Positions 1-7,956 of a stretch of DNA of 24,000 bases are shown in pieces. Both the position numbers and the translations under genes were made by a program. Under the pieces are notes generated by a model. It was given only the letters and a program-made list of their open reading frames with translations, was not told the DNA's origin and ran no database searches. The stretch's first letter is position 1. The number at the start of each line of letters is the position of its first letter. This stretch comes from Chamaesiphon sp. VAR_48_metabat_403 (lineage in GTDB: Bacteria; Cyanobacteriota; Cyanobacteriia; Cyanobacteriales; Chamaesiphonaceae), in assembly GCF_031422475.1 (NCBI RefSeq), contig NZ_JANPLS010000065.1:12996-36995 (forward strand), given 5' to 3'.

Positions 1-560
1 CCGATCGATATTTATTTTACCCCGCTCAATTTTGGCCGCATAAAAATCATGTCGGGCTGTTATTGGCACTTAAATGCTTGCAGGAAAAATATAATTTAGA
101 GGTGCCGTTAGTATTAGTCGGTGCTGATAAAGGGAATGAACCATATATTAAAGCAATGGTCAAAAAACTCGATCTGTCGGCACGAGTCTATTTTTTAGGG
201 TTTGTGCCGCTACAGGACATGGCAGCACTCTACCGCAATGCTTTTGCGATGACTTTCGTGACATTTTTTGGCCCTGATAATTTACCGCCATTAGAAGCAA
301 TGGCTTTAGGCTGTCCGACGATCGCATCTAATGTATCGGGGGCACAAGAACAACTCGGCGATGCGGCTTTACTAGTAGATCCCAAACAGCCGGAAGAAAT
401 TGCAGCGGCGATTCATGCTTTATTTACAGATGCTACTTTACGTCAAAACAAGATCGAGCTGGGCTTGAAAAGAGCGTATCGGTGGAATTCCAAAGATTAT
501 ATTCGAGAAATTTTCACCATGCTCGATGATTTTGAAGCCATCAGACGCTGTTGGCAGTAG
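1..560 (+). CDS. Glycosyltransferase, family 1/4 (GT-B), C-terminal part; 5' end is outside the window
   Basis: Frame 3 is open from the window edge. Upstream of the listed ORF it reads DRYLFYPAQFWPHKNHVGLL, the conserved FxPxQxWxHKN segment of GT1/GT4 enzymes. This is followed by FFGPDNLPPLEAMALGCPTIASNVSG, the EX7E-region sugar-donor motif. The TTG at 63 in the ORF track is therefore internal. Confidence 0.85.
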   Translation, partial: DRYLFYPAQFWPHKNHVGLLLALKCLQEKYNLEVPLVLVGADKGNEPYIKAMVKKLDLSARVYFLGFVPLQDMAALYRNAFAMTFVTFFGPDNLPPLEAMALGCPTIASNVSGAQEQLGDAALLVDPKQPEEIAAAIHALFTDATLRQNKIELGLKRAYRWNSKDYIREIFTMLDDFEAIRRCWQ

Positions 561-724
561 CCTGTGGGCTAAAATAGCCCAACGTGCCAAAATGTACAAG
601 TGCAACTCAAACCGTTACTAGCTATGCTTTTTAGCCAGGAATTGGTTCACCTTCATCTTGAATCGCCTTGTGCCAGTAAGTCGGAGCGGGGAGCGGGGAA
701 GATTAGAATCGGTATCGAGATCGA

Positions 725-1234
725 TTAACTCATCCGCACTGGACTAGAAACATGTTCGTGAAGAATAACCCAGCGATCGTCTTGTTTTTCCCAAACCATT
801 GAAGCATGTGCATGTTCGGCATATTTTTTCCCAGTCTGCCGATCTGTAAATTCAGTTTGGAAAGTGAATGTCGTTAGTCCCATTTTACCGTCAGTATTAA
901 TTTTGAGATTATCATCGATCGCGGTTTTCGAGTGTGTGGCTGCTTGCATTGTGGGTTCCCATAGATGCTGAAAGCTTTGATAGCTTTGGGTTACGGTTCC
1001 AGCAGGAGAAAGCGTGTCAAATTCCAAAAAATCATCGGTTTTAACATACAAATTGTCTACGCGATCCATTGAAAACGGCGTATCTCCCGAACTCCATCCT
1101 TTCTCCCAGGCTGCCACACCCTGTTTGAGCAGCTCGATATCATTGGGCACTGCCTGAGCTGGTTGCATCGACCATAGGCTCAGGATGGCGATTAACAGCA
1201 TAGCGAAGATCGATCGGCGTAATGTTTTCATCAT
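725..1234 (-). CDS. Exported NTF2-fold protein (SnoaL-like / DUF4440-like)
   Basis: N-terminal signal peptide MMKTLRRSIFAMLLIAILSLWSMQPAQA with an AxA cleavage site. The C-terminal WEKQDDRWVILHEHVS is typical of SnoaL/DUF4440 ketosteroid-isomerase-like domains. It lies 77 nt downstream of marR on the same strand. Confidence 0.65.
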   Translation of the reverse strand: MMKTLRRSIFAMLLIAILSLWSMQPAQAVPNDIELLKQGVAAWEKGWSSGDTPFSMDRVDNLYVKTDDFLEFDTLSPAGTVTQSYQSFQHLWEPTMQAATHSKTAIDDNLKINTDGKMGLTTFTFQTEFTDRQTGKKYAEHAHASMVWEKQDDRWVILHEHVSSPVRMS

Positions 1235-1311
1235 ATATTTTCCTTCTGCGGATATTCCTTAAAACAAATAAAGTGCGGAACAGAAACCTTGCCAATCTGA
1301 ATGACAGAGCT

Positions 1312-1800
1312 TTAGGGTTTGAGCCGTGCTGCCACTAGTAGCTGATTCAATAATTCGAGCTGTTCTGGACTGAGGTGTCCGAGCTGACTTTGATGCAACT
1401 TCCAGATCGCGGGATCTAGTAGTTGAATGAGATTGAGTCCAGCTTGAGTTACTCGCACTAGCACGACTCGCCGATCTTGTCGATCTCGATCGCGATCGAG
1501 CAGATCATCTTTTTGTAAGCGATCGACCAGGCGAGTGATGTCAGGATCTCGTGCCACCATGTATTGAGCGATCGACTGACTTGGCATTCCAATTGCGCCA
1601 ACTCTGGCAACCACTTTCAACACGTTATAGAGCGGTTGGGAGATTTGGTGCTGTTTGAACAGTTCTGCTACCTCATCGCTCAGTGCAGCATGAGTCCGCA
1701 CGAGATTGAGATATACTTCCTGTTCGGCGATCTCAAATGGCTCAGATGCGCCCAGTTCTTGTTGGAGAGTGGAATACTTTGACACTATTGTTTCGCTCAT
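1312..1800 (-). CDS. MarR family transcriptional regulator
   Basis: Winged-HTH core LYNVLKVVARVGAIGMPSQSIAQYMVARDPDITRLVDRLQKDDLLDRDRDRQDRRVVLVRVTQAG matches the MarR pattern (recognition helix, DxxRLxxRLxxxGL, wing DRR). Size is 162 aa. Confidence 0.9.
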   Translation of the reverse strand: MSETIVSKYSTLQQELGASEPFEIAEQEVYLNLVRTHAALSDEVAELFKQHQISQPLYNVLKVVARVGAIGMPSQSIAQYMVARDPDITRLVDRLQKDDLLDRDRDRQDRRVVLVRVTQAGLNLIQLLDPAIWKLHQSQLGHLSPEQLELLNQLLVAARLKP

Positions 1801-1979
1801 AGCCTAATTGTACCTTTCAACAATAATCGTGTCAACAAGTATTCTGCGCGCTCAAAAGTACTTTTTTCATAATAGCTACGCTCCAACTCTTTTGAGGCAA
1901 GATCGTCGCAGCCGAAACTGGTAAAATTTGGCTAGAGTCTAGGCTGGAATGTAGTTATCCCTATCTCTAAATCGTTGAT

Positions 1980-3881
1980 ATGCAATTGAAACCTTGGCAG
2001 TGGGTCATTCTAGTATCGCCGATCGCGAGTGTGGTCATTTTCTTGCTGGTTGCTGCTGGAGTCAAAATTCATGAGTGGGGCATTAACTGGATTTGGGGGG
2101 TATTTACCCTTCTATTGCTGGGTTGGCGGTGGTTGTTGGTGCGGTGGAGTAAGTCGAGTATCGATCGTGGTGCGGATGCGATCGCCGCAGCGAGTCGGGA
2201 ATTAGCTACGATTACCGCTAATGCTACGCCACTTGCTGGAGATACAGCCGATCGAGTTACGACGATCTTGCAACAGGTACTCGCAGATTCGCAACAAGAT
2301 CGACCGATTTGGGAAGATTGGACGACATTTTGGCAGCGATGTCAGGAATTAATCGTTGCCATTGCCAAGATTTATCATCCCGAAGTTAAGTATCCGCTGT
2401 TGAATATTTATGTGACTCAGGCGTATGGCTTGATTCGGGGTACCACGGATGATATGGATGCCTGGATGCAGAAACTCGCACCAGCATTAGATCGCGTCAC
2501 GATCGCTCAGACGTATGAAGCCTACGAGACATATCAAAAATTGGCACCATCGGCTCAAAAATTGCTCAAGGTGTGGAACTGGGCGCAATGGGTACTCAAT
2601 CCCGTCGCTGCGATCGCCAAACGTGCCACCAAGGAATCCTCCAGTCTTGCCGATCGACAGTTGTTGGTCAATTTGGGTCAACTGACTCGTGAAGCTGCCT
2701 TAACGAACCTCTGTCGTCAGGCTGTGGCTTTATATAGTGGCAAGATTGAATCTTTACCATCGCCCGTGAGTCAGAGTCCGGCTGTGGCTACTACCCAAAC
2801 GCTCAGAGATATTTTAGTTAGTGCCGAACCACCAGAGCGAATCGATCGAAAACCGATCGATATTCTACTCGTCGGGCGGACGGGGGCAGGTAAAAGCAGT
2901 CTGATTAATACCTTATTTCAGTCAGAACTAGCTCTAGTCGATGTCTTGCCTAGTACTGACAAAATTCAAAATTATCAGTGGCAAGCCAGTGGCGAACGCC
3001 TGACGCTGTGGGATAGCCCTGGTTACGAGCAAGCCAGTCGAGCGGATTTGCGATCGCAGGTACTTAATTATGCGGCAACTACCGATTTACTCTTATTAGT
3101 TACCCCCGCGCTCGATCCGGCATTGCAGATGGATCTAGACTTTTTGCAGGAGTTAAAGAGCGGACATGCCGACTTACCGATCGTGGTAATTGTAACTCAA
3201 GTCGATCGGGTGCGACCGCTGCGGGAGTGGGAACCGCCCTATGATTGGCAATGGGGAACTCGTCCTAAAGAAGTCGCCATTCGGGAGGCTACCGCCTACC
3301 GGAGTGAGTTTTTGGGTGAATACTGCGATTTAGTGTTACCGCTAGTTAATGCCGATGCCAGTCTGGGGCGGTTGGCTTGGGGCATCGATACATTATCATT
3401 AGCTCTGCTCGATAAAATCGAACCCAGCAAACAAATCCGACTGGCACGGTTTTTAAGCAACCTCGACGTGCGGATTGTCGCGGCGGCAGGTATTATCGAT
3501 CGCTATAGCATTCAGATGACCACAACTCAGGGACTCACCCAACTGCTCAAAAGTCCCGTATTAGAGTTTATCTCTACCCTCACCACCGGATCTCCCGCGC
3601 TGGCGCAATTGCTCGTCGCCCAGATTCCCATCGAGCAGTTACCTGTAGTCATCGGTAAATTGCAAATGGCGTACGACTTGCACTCACTATTAAATACCAG
3701 CCAGTCAAAATCGATAAACTTCGATCTGCTGGCACTATGGCCATTATTACTCGATAACTCCGCCGCCCCCAACAAAAATGCCTATGCTTTCGGTCATGCA
3801 CTGCTAGAATACTGGACGCAATCGCTGACAGCCCAGCAATTCCGATCGCGGTTTGACTATTATCTAAAATCGCATATCTAG
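1980..3881 (+). CDS. Membrane-anchored P-loop GTPase (MMR_HSR1 / YfjP-like), function unknown
   Basis: Two N-terminal hydrophobic helices (WVILVSPIASVVIFLLVAAGV and WIWGVFTLLLLGWRWLLV). GTPase motifs are G1 GRTGAGKSS, G3 LWDSPG and G4 TQVD. Long helical regions flank the GTPase domain. Confidence 0.8.
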   Translation: MQLKPWQWVILVSPIASVVIFLLVAAGVKIHEWGINWIWGVFTLLLLGWRWLLVRWSKSSIDRGADAIAAASRELATITANATPLAGDTADRVTTILQQVLADSQQDRPIWEDWTTFWQRCQELIVAIAKIYHPEVKYPLLNIYVTQAYGLIRGTTDDMDAWMQKLAPALDRVTIAQTYEAYETYQKLAPSAQKLLKVWNWAQWVLNPVAAIAKRATKESSSLADRQLLVNLGQLTREAALTNLCRQAVALYSGKIESLPSPVSQSPAVATTQTLRDILVSAEPPERIDRKPIDILLVGRTGAGKSSLINTLFQSELALVDVLPSTDKIQNYQWQASGERLTLWDSPGYEQASRADLRSQVLNYAATTDLLLLVTPALDPALQMDLDFLQELKSGHADLPIVVIVTQVDRVRPLREWEPPYDWQWGTRPKEVAIREATAYRSEFLGEYCDLVLPLVNADASLGRLAWGIDTLSLALLDKIEPSKQIRLARFLSNLDVRIVAAAGIIDRYSIQMTTTQGLTQLLKSPVLEFISTLTTGSPALAQLLVAQIPIEQLPVVIGKLQMAYDLHSLLNTSQSKSINFDLLALWPLLLDNSAAPNKNAYAFGHALLEYWTQSLTAQQFRSRFDYYLKSHI

Positions 3882-4150
3882 GTCTAACTCTTGCTGCAAA
3901 AGGGTTTGAGTAGGTAGTTGAGATCGATTTTAATTTAATTTCGCTAAGTTTCGGGAAAGCCAGATGAGAGATATGTAGTTATAGATACGAACGCAACAGA
4001 CACAAACTACACCGAACAGTTAAGCCAGTAAAAACTCAGATTAAAGTTGAAATTAAATCTCGAACTTTTACGAAATTAACCCGCCAAGATTTGTAGTCTC
4101 AAGCATCAGTAAATCACTAATTTATTCTCACTCATTTAGGAATCTATATC

Positions 4151-4474
4151 ATGAACTTCAAATCTATCCTCGTTGTCGGTTTAGGCTTAGCTACCATCGG
4201 TTTTTCGCTCCCCGCTCACGCTGACACTGCAACTGTTGGCGTTATCCGTCAAACTTCGGTAGTCACTGGTGTTGCTAACGATACCGCACAAGGTAGCTAC
4301 ACTAACATCAATAACAGCAAATTCGGTCGCACTGGTGCAGATAACGTTGGTACTTCAATCTCTGTAGACCAAGCTACCGATGTTCAAGGTAAATTCAACC
4401 GGACTACTCAAATCGGCGAAACCAATGTCGATAATTCTCAACGTAATACTGCTAGCCCTCGCTTCAAACGCTAA
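4151..4474 (+). CDS. Small secreted Q/N/T-rich repeat protein, paralog 1
   Basis: Signal peptide MNFKSILVVGLGLATIGFSLPAHA followed by DT. The mature ~83 aa has no Cys or Trp and contains a 23-residue motif twice (Q34-S56 and Q74-S96). AGGA lies 13 nt upstream of the ATG. A near-identical paralog follows 100 nt downstream. Confidence 0.75.
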   Translation: MNFKSILVVGLGLATIGFSLPAHADTATVGVIRQTSVVTGVANDTAQGSYTNINNSKFGRTGADNVGTSISVDQATDVQGKFNRTTQIGETNVDNSQRNTASPRFKR

Positions 4475-4484
4475 GTATTACTGC

Positions 4485-4525
4485 TGCGGTTGTTATTAAA
4501 GTCTCAAACAACCGCAACTGCTTTT
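4485..4525 (+). terminator. Hairpin between the two paralogs (weak or partial terminator candidate)
   Basis: A 10-bp stem (tgcggttgtt 4485-4494 with aacaaccgca 4507-4516) and a 12-nt loop. A TTTT run begins 5 nt after the stem. Confidence 0.35.
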
Positions 4526-4574
4526 AACTCCTCAATTTTAGTTACTCACTTTACTACTCATCGGAATTTCAATT

Positions 4575-4889
4575 ATGAACGTTAAATCTCTTTTAGTTAT
4601 CGGTTTAGGTCTAGCTACTGTTGGTTTTTCTCTTCCCGCTCATGCTGATACCGCAACAGTGGTTAAAACCATTCAAACTTCGGTGGTGACTGGTGTTGCT
4701 AACGATACCGCACAAGGTAGCTACACTAACATCAATAACAGCAAATTTGGTCGCACTGGTGCGGGTAATACTGGTACTTCGATCGTCACCGACCAAGCCA
4801 CTGATGTCCAAGGTAAATTCAACCGGACAACTCAAATTAGCGAAACCAATGTCGATAACTCCCAACGTGGTCCTCGCTTCAAACGCTAA
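4575..4889 (+). CDS. Small secreted Q/N/T-rich repeat protein, paralog 2
   Basis: Most residues are identical to the 4151-4474 product, including the signal peptide, both internal repeats and the C-terminal PRFKR. About 30 nt of upstream sequence is also similar, consistent with tandem duplication. Confidence 0.75.
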   Translation: MNVKSLLVIGLGLATVGFSLPAHADTATVVKTIQTSVVTGVANDTAQGSYTNINNSKFGRTGAGNTGTSIVTDQATDVQGKFNRTTQISETNVDNSQRGPRFKR

Positions 4890-4954
4890 ATATTACTGGT
4901 GTGGCGATATTTAATCAGTTAAATCACCACCCAATAACTTAGACTCACAATCTT

Positions 4955-4992
4955 AATTCGCTCCCTTACCAAATGTGGTAAGGGGGCGAATT
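4955..4992 (+). terminator. Strong stem-loop downstream of paralog 2 (terminator or RNA-stabilising hairpin)
   Basis: A 16-bp stem (aattcgctcccttacc 4955-4970 with ggtaagggggcgaatt 4977-4992) containing one G-U pair, and a 6-nt loop. There is no U-tract after it. Confidence 0.5.
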
Positions 4993-5179
4993 GGCTATGG
5001 TTGCCAACGTGCTATTTAGCGATTATTTAGAGTTTGGGCGCGCAGAATTTGGTGCATGGTTGCCAAATCGTTATATATTAGTTGACACTCCTCGGCGTAA
5101 ATGCAAGAAGATCCTTGGCTTAACAGAACCACCAAGATCGGATTTTAGCTTAAATTATTGTGGTGATTTCTTAACATCT

Positions 5180-6808
5180 ATGAATAGATGGCAGCATGTT
5201 AGCTTAGTTTCAGTCGCGTTGCTCTTGGTAACCAGTTGTCAAAGTAGTAATAATTCGCCCACGGCTACCGCCAGTGGCGATGAAGGAACGATTACCGTCG
5301 GGACGACGAAACAACCGCGTACTCTAGATCCGGCGGATGCATATGAATCAAGCTCGATCGCGTTGATTCGGAATTTGAGCGACAGGTTGTATACTTACGA
5401 TCCTGGTAGCACCGAAATTAAACCGCAGTTAGCCACGGCATTACCCAAACTTAGTACCGATGGTTTGACTTATACGATTCCCATTCGTCAGGGAGTAGTA
5501 TTTCACGATGGTACGCCATTTGATGCCGCTGCGATGGCGTTCTCATTGCAACGCTTCATTCAAAATAAGGGCAAACCCTCATTTTTATTAGCCGAACGGG
5601 TAGAGTCGGTGAAAGCCACAGGAGCTTATGAGCTGACGATTAAGCTGAAAAAAACGTTTGCAGCCTTCCCCTCGATGTTAGCTTTTCCCGGTACCTGTGC
5701 GGTGTCGCCTAAAGCATACGAGATTGCCGAAGGTAAATTTAAACCCAAAGAATTTGTCGGTACGGGGCCTTACGTACTGAAAGAATATGGTACCGATCGA
5801 GTAAAATTGGTAGCATTCGATCGGTATTGGGGTACAAAGCCGCTCAATCGCAGCGTCAATCTCCAAATTTTCTTAAATAACTCCGCCAACCTCTATAATT
5901 CCTTCCGCACTGGCGCGGTGGATGTTGCCTTTCAATCTTTAGAACCAGATCAGGTTAAAAGCCTCGAAGAGGGAGCCAAAGCCGGAAACTGGCAATCGAT
6001 CGCGATCGATGGTAGCGTGACTAGTTATCTAATCCTGAATGTCCTCCAAAAGCCCCTAGATAACCCCCTGGTGCGTCAAGCACTCGCGGCGTTAGTCGAT
6101 CGACCCACCATCAACGAACGCATCTTATACGGGCAGGGCAAGCCCTTATACAGCATCGTGCCCAGTACCTTTAGCGTCTCTCAACCTGGGTTTAAAACTG
6201 CCTACGGAGATGGCAATATTGCCAAAGCAAAACAACTCCTCACCCAAGCCGGATTTTCGCCCCAGAACCCCGCGAAAATTCAAATCTGGTATCCCTCCGG
6301 TTCCACACCGCGCCGTCTGACTGCGGGCTTTCTGCGTGCCTATGCTCGGCAAAAATTGGGCGGGATGCTCGAACTCGAACCCAATACGATCGAATCGGCA
6401 TCTTTCTTTAAATATGCCAGCAAAAATATTTATCCCGCCACCCTACAAGACTGGTATCCCGACTTTCTCGATCCCGATAACTTCGTTCAACCCTTCCTCG
6501 AATGTCCCAAGCAAAATTTCGATGAAAAAACTAAACGGAAACTACCGGGCTGCAAACAAGGTGGCTCTCAAACACAAGGATCGTTTTATTATAGCGATCG
6601 GATGAATCAACTTATTGCTGCACAAGGCAAAGAATCAGATCCCGCCAAACGCAAACAAATCTACGCCGATATCCAAAACCAAATCATTCAAGATGTCCCG
6701 CTAATTCCCCTCTGGCAAACTAAAGATTTTGTCTTCGCTAAAAAAGGCATGAGCGGCATCAATATCGATCCGCTTCAGAATTTGTTGTATTCGGGAATGA
6801 AGAAGTAA
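5180..6808 (+). CDS. ABC transporter substrate-binding lipoprotein, family 5 (peptide/nickel, DppA/OppA-like)
   Basis: The start is placed at the ATG at 5180, giving MNRWQHVSLVSVALLLVTSC with lipobox V-T-S-C. The body matches SBP_bac_5 features (TLDPA, HDGTPFDA.A, DRYWG, WYPDFLDPDNF). The stop lies 4 nt before the permease start. Confidence 0.9.
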   Translation: MNRWQHVSLVSVALLLVTSCQSSNNSPTATASGDEGTITVGTTKQPRTLDPADAYESSSIALIRNLSDRLYTYDPGSTEIKPQLATALPKLSTDGLTYTIPIRQGVVFHDGTPFDAAAMAFSLQRFIQNKGKPSFLLAERVESVKATGAYELTIKLKKTFAAFPSMLAFPGTCAVSPKAYEIAEGKFKPKEFVGTGPYVLKEYGTDRVKLVAFDRYWGTKPLNRSVNLQIFLNNSANLYNSFRTGAVDVAFQSLEPDQVKSLEEGAKAGNWQSIAIDGSVTSYLILNVLQKPLDNPLVRQALAALVDRPTINERILYGQGKPLYSIVPSTFSVSQPGFKTAYGDGNIAKAKQLLTQAGFSPQNPAKIQIWYPSGSTPRRLTAGFLRAYARQKLGGMLELEPNTIESASFFKYASKNIYPATLQDWYPDFLDPDNFVQPFLECPKQNFDEKTKRKLPGCKQGGSQTQGSFYYSDRMNQLIAAQGKESDPAKRKQIYADIQNQIIQDVPLIPLWQTKDFVFAKKGMSGINIDPLQNLLYSGMKK

Positions 6809-6812
6809 ATTT

Positions 6813-7838
6813 ATGTCACGATCGAAAAATCTCCAATACTACCTAACCGCCCGATTATTGCTGGCTCCGCTGATGTTGTGGACGATCTTTACGATCGTCT
6901 TCTTTCTGCTCAAAGCCACACCTGGAGATCCGGCCGATGCTTTTTTAGGTAACCGCGCCTCAGATGAAAGTAAGGCTGAATTACGTAAACAATTAGGGCT
7001 AGATAAACCACTTTATTTTCAATATTTTCGATACTTGTGGTATGCACTCCAAGGCGATTTAGGAAAATCGATTACAAGTTCTGGCGAAGCTGTTGTTAAA
7101 ATTATTCAAGATAACTTCCCGGCGACTTTAGAACTCGCGATCGGGAGTATGTTAGTGGCTTTTATTGTCGGGGTTTCTGTGGGGACGATTTCTGCCGCTC
7201 GTCCCGGCACATTTACCGAACTTGGGGGTAGATTATTTGGGATAGTTAGTTATTCTTTACCGATTTTTTGGGTGGGGATGCTATTGCAATTAGTGTTCGC
7301 CGTCCAGTTACAGATTTTCCCCCTCGGTGGGAGATTCCCGGCTAATTTAACGCCACCAAAACCGATTACCGGATTATACACGATCGATAGTTTATTACAC
7401 TTTGACTTAGCCAGCTTTTTTGTCTCGCTCCATCATTTAGCATTACCCTGTTTGACGCTGGGAATCTTATTAAGCGGCATTTTTGAACGCATCGTGCGCG
7501 TCAATCTCAAACAAAGCATGAAAGCCGAATATGTCGAAGCTGCTAGAGCTAGAGGTATTCCCGAAAATACCATTCTCATTTCCCACGCACTCAAAAATGT
7601 GATGATTCCGGTAGTTACCGTCTTGGGTTTGACTACTGCTTCCCTGCTGGGTGGTGCGGTACTGACTGAAGTAACCTTTTCTTGGCCGGGATTGGCAAGT
7701 AAACTATACGAAGCCATCTCCAATCGCGATTATCCCACGGTACAGGGCATCATGATCTTTTTCGCCGCGATCGTGGTGATTGCTAGTATTTTCATCGATC
7801 TCATCAACGCCTGGATCGATCCGCGAATTAAATATTAG
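6813..7838 (+). CDS. ABC transporter permease (DppB/OppB-like, BPD_transp_1)
   Basis: N-terminal TM plus ATPGDP motif. The EAA-like loop EYVEAARARGIPENTILISHALKNVMIPVVT is present. Six predicted hydrophobic spans, and the C-terminal IDPRIKY is typical of DppB. Confidence 0.9.
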   Translation: MSRSKNLQYYLTARLLLAPLMLWTIFTIVFFLLKATPGDPADAFLGNRASDESKAELRKQLGLDKPLYFQYFRYLWYALQGDLGKSITSSGEAVVKIIQDNFPATLELAIGSMLVAFIVGVSVGTISAARPGTFTELGGRLFGIVSYSLPIFWVGMLLQLVFAVQLQIFPLGGRFPANLTPPKPITGLYTIDSLLHFDLASFFVSLHHLALPCLTLGILLSGIFERIVRVNLKQSMKAEYVEAARARGIPENTILISHALKNVMIPVVTVLGLTTASLLGGAVLTEVTFSWPGLASKLYEAISNRDYPTVQGIMIFFAAIVVIASIFIDLINAWIDPRIKY

Positions 7839-7874
7839 CCTGAGTTGCTAGTTAGTCTCGAATGGAAAGAGAGA

Positions 7875-7956
7875 GGGGATTTTGGATTTTGGATTTTGGA
7901 TTAAAAATCCCCCAGTCCCCCAGTCCCCTCGTCCCCTCGTCCCCTATTCCCCTGCT
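7875..7956. repeat. Collapsed hairpin element (ggggatttt ... aaaatcccc) plus 8-nt C4N4 tandem array
   Basis: ggggatttt at 7875-7883 and aaaaatcccc at 7903-7912 are inverted. ggatttt x3 lies at 7877-7897, overlapping the first motif, with a partial ggatt at 7898-7902. Octamers follow: cccccagt x2, cccctcgt x2, cccctatt, cccctgct (7909-7956). The last two units contain the stop codon and final codons of the minus-strand gene. Confidence 0.85.

Noticed and set aside
1564-3775. ORFs 1564-1782(+), 2487-2681(-) and 3527-3775(-), nested in or antisense to marR and the GTPase gene
   Set aside because: They lie entirely inside longer ORFs that have clear family motifs. Their translations are low-complexity or Arg/Ser-rich with no recognisable motif, as is typical of shadow ORFs.
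3849-4779. The CGATCG-free ~0.9-kb patch over the small secreted genes, taken as evidence of horizontal acquisition
   Set aside because: The core housekeeping gene obg has an equally long CGATCG-free stretch (about 13650-14565), so a gap of this size is not diagnostic of foreign origin.
4151-4889. Calling the tandem small proteins a curli (csgBA) operon
   Set aside because: The repeat spacing differs from the curlin consensus, and no csgD/E/F/G or fap genes are present. Only the weaker amyloid-like or fibre-subunit hypothesis is retained.
4611-4914. ORFs 4611-4865(-) and 4693-4914(+), overlapping paralog 2
   Set aside because: The signal-peptide-bearing frame is duplicated and conserved between the two paralogs. 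These alternative frames are not conserved in the first copy.
4991-5179. 63-codon N-terminal extension of the ABC binding protein proposed by the ORF track
   Set aside because: The extension begins inside the upstream hairpin with a non-ATG codon and precedes a perfect lipoprotein signal (MNRWQHV…LLLVTSC). The ATG at 5180 is the sensible start.
5678-7723. ORFs 5678-5866(-), 6146-6352(-), 6336-6605(+) and 7433-7723(-)
   Set aside because: They are nested within the binding-protein and permease genes and have no motifs.
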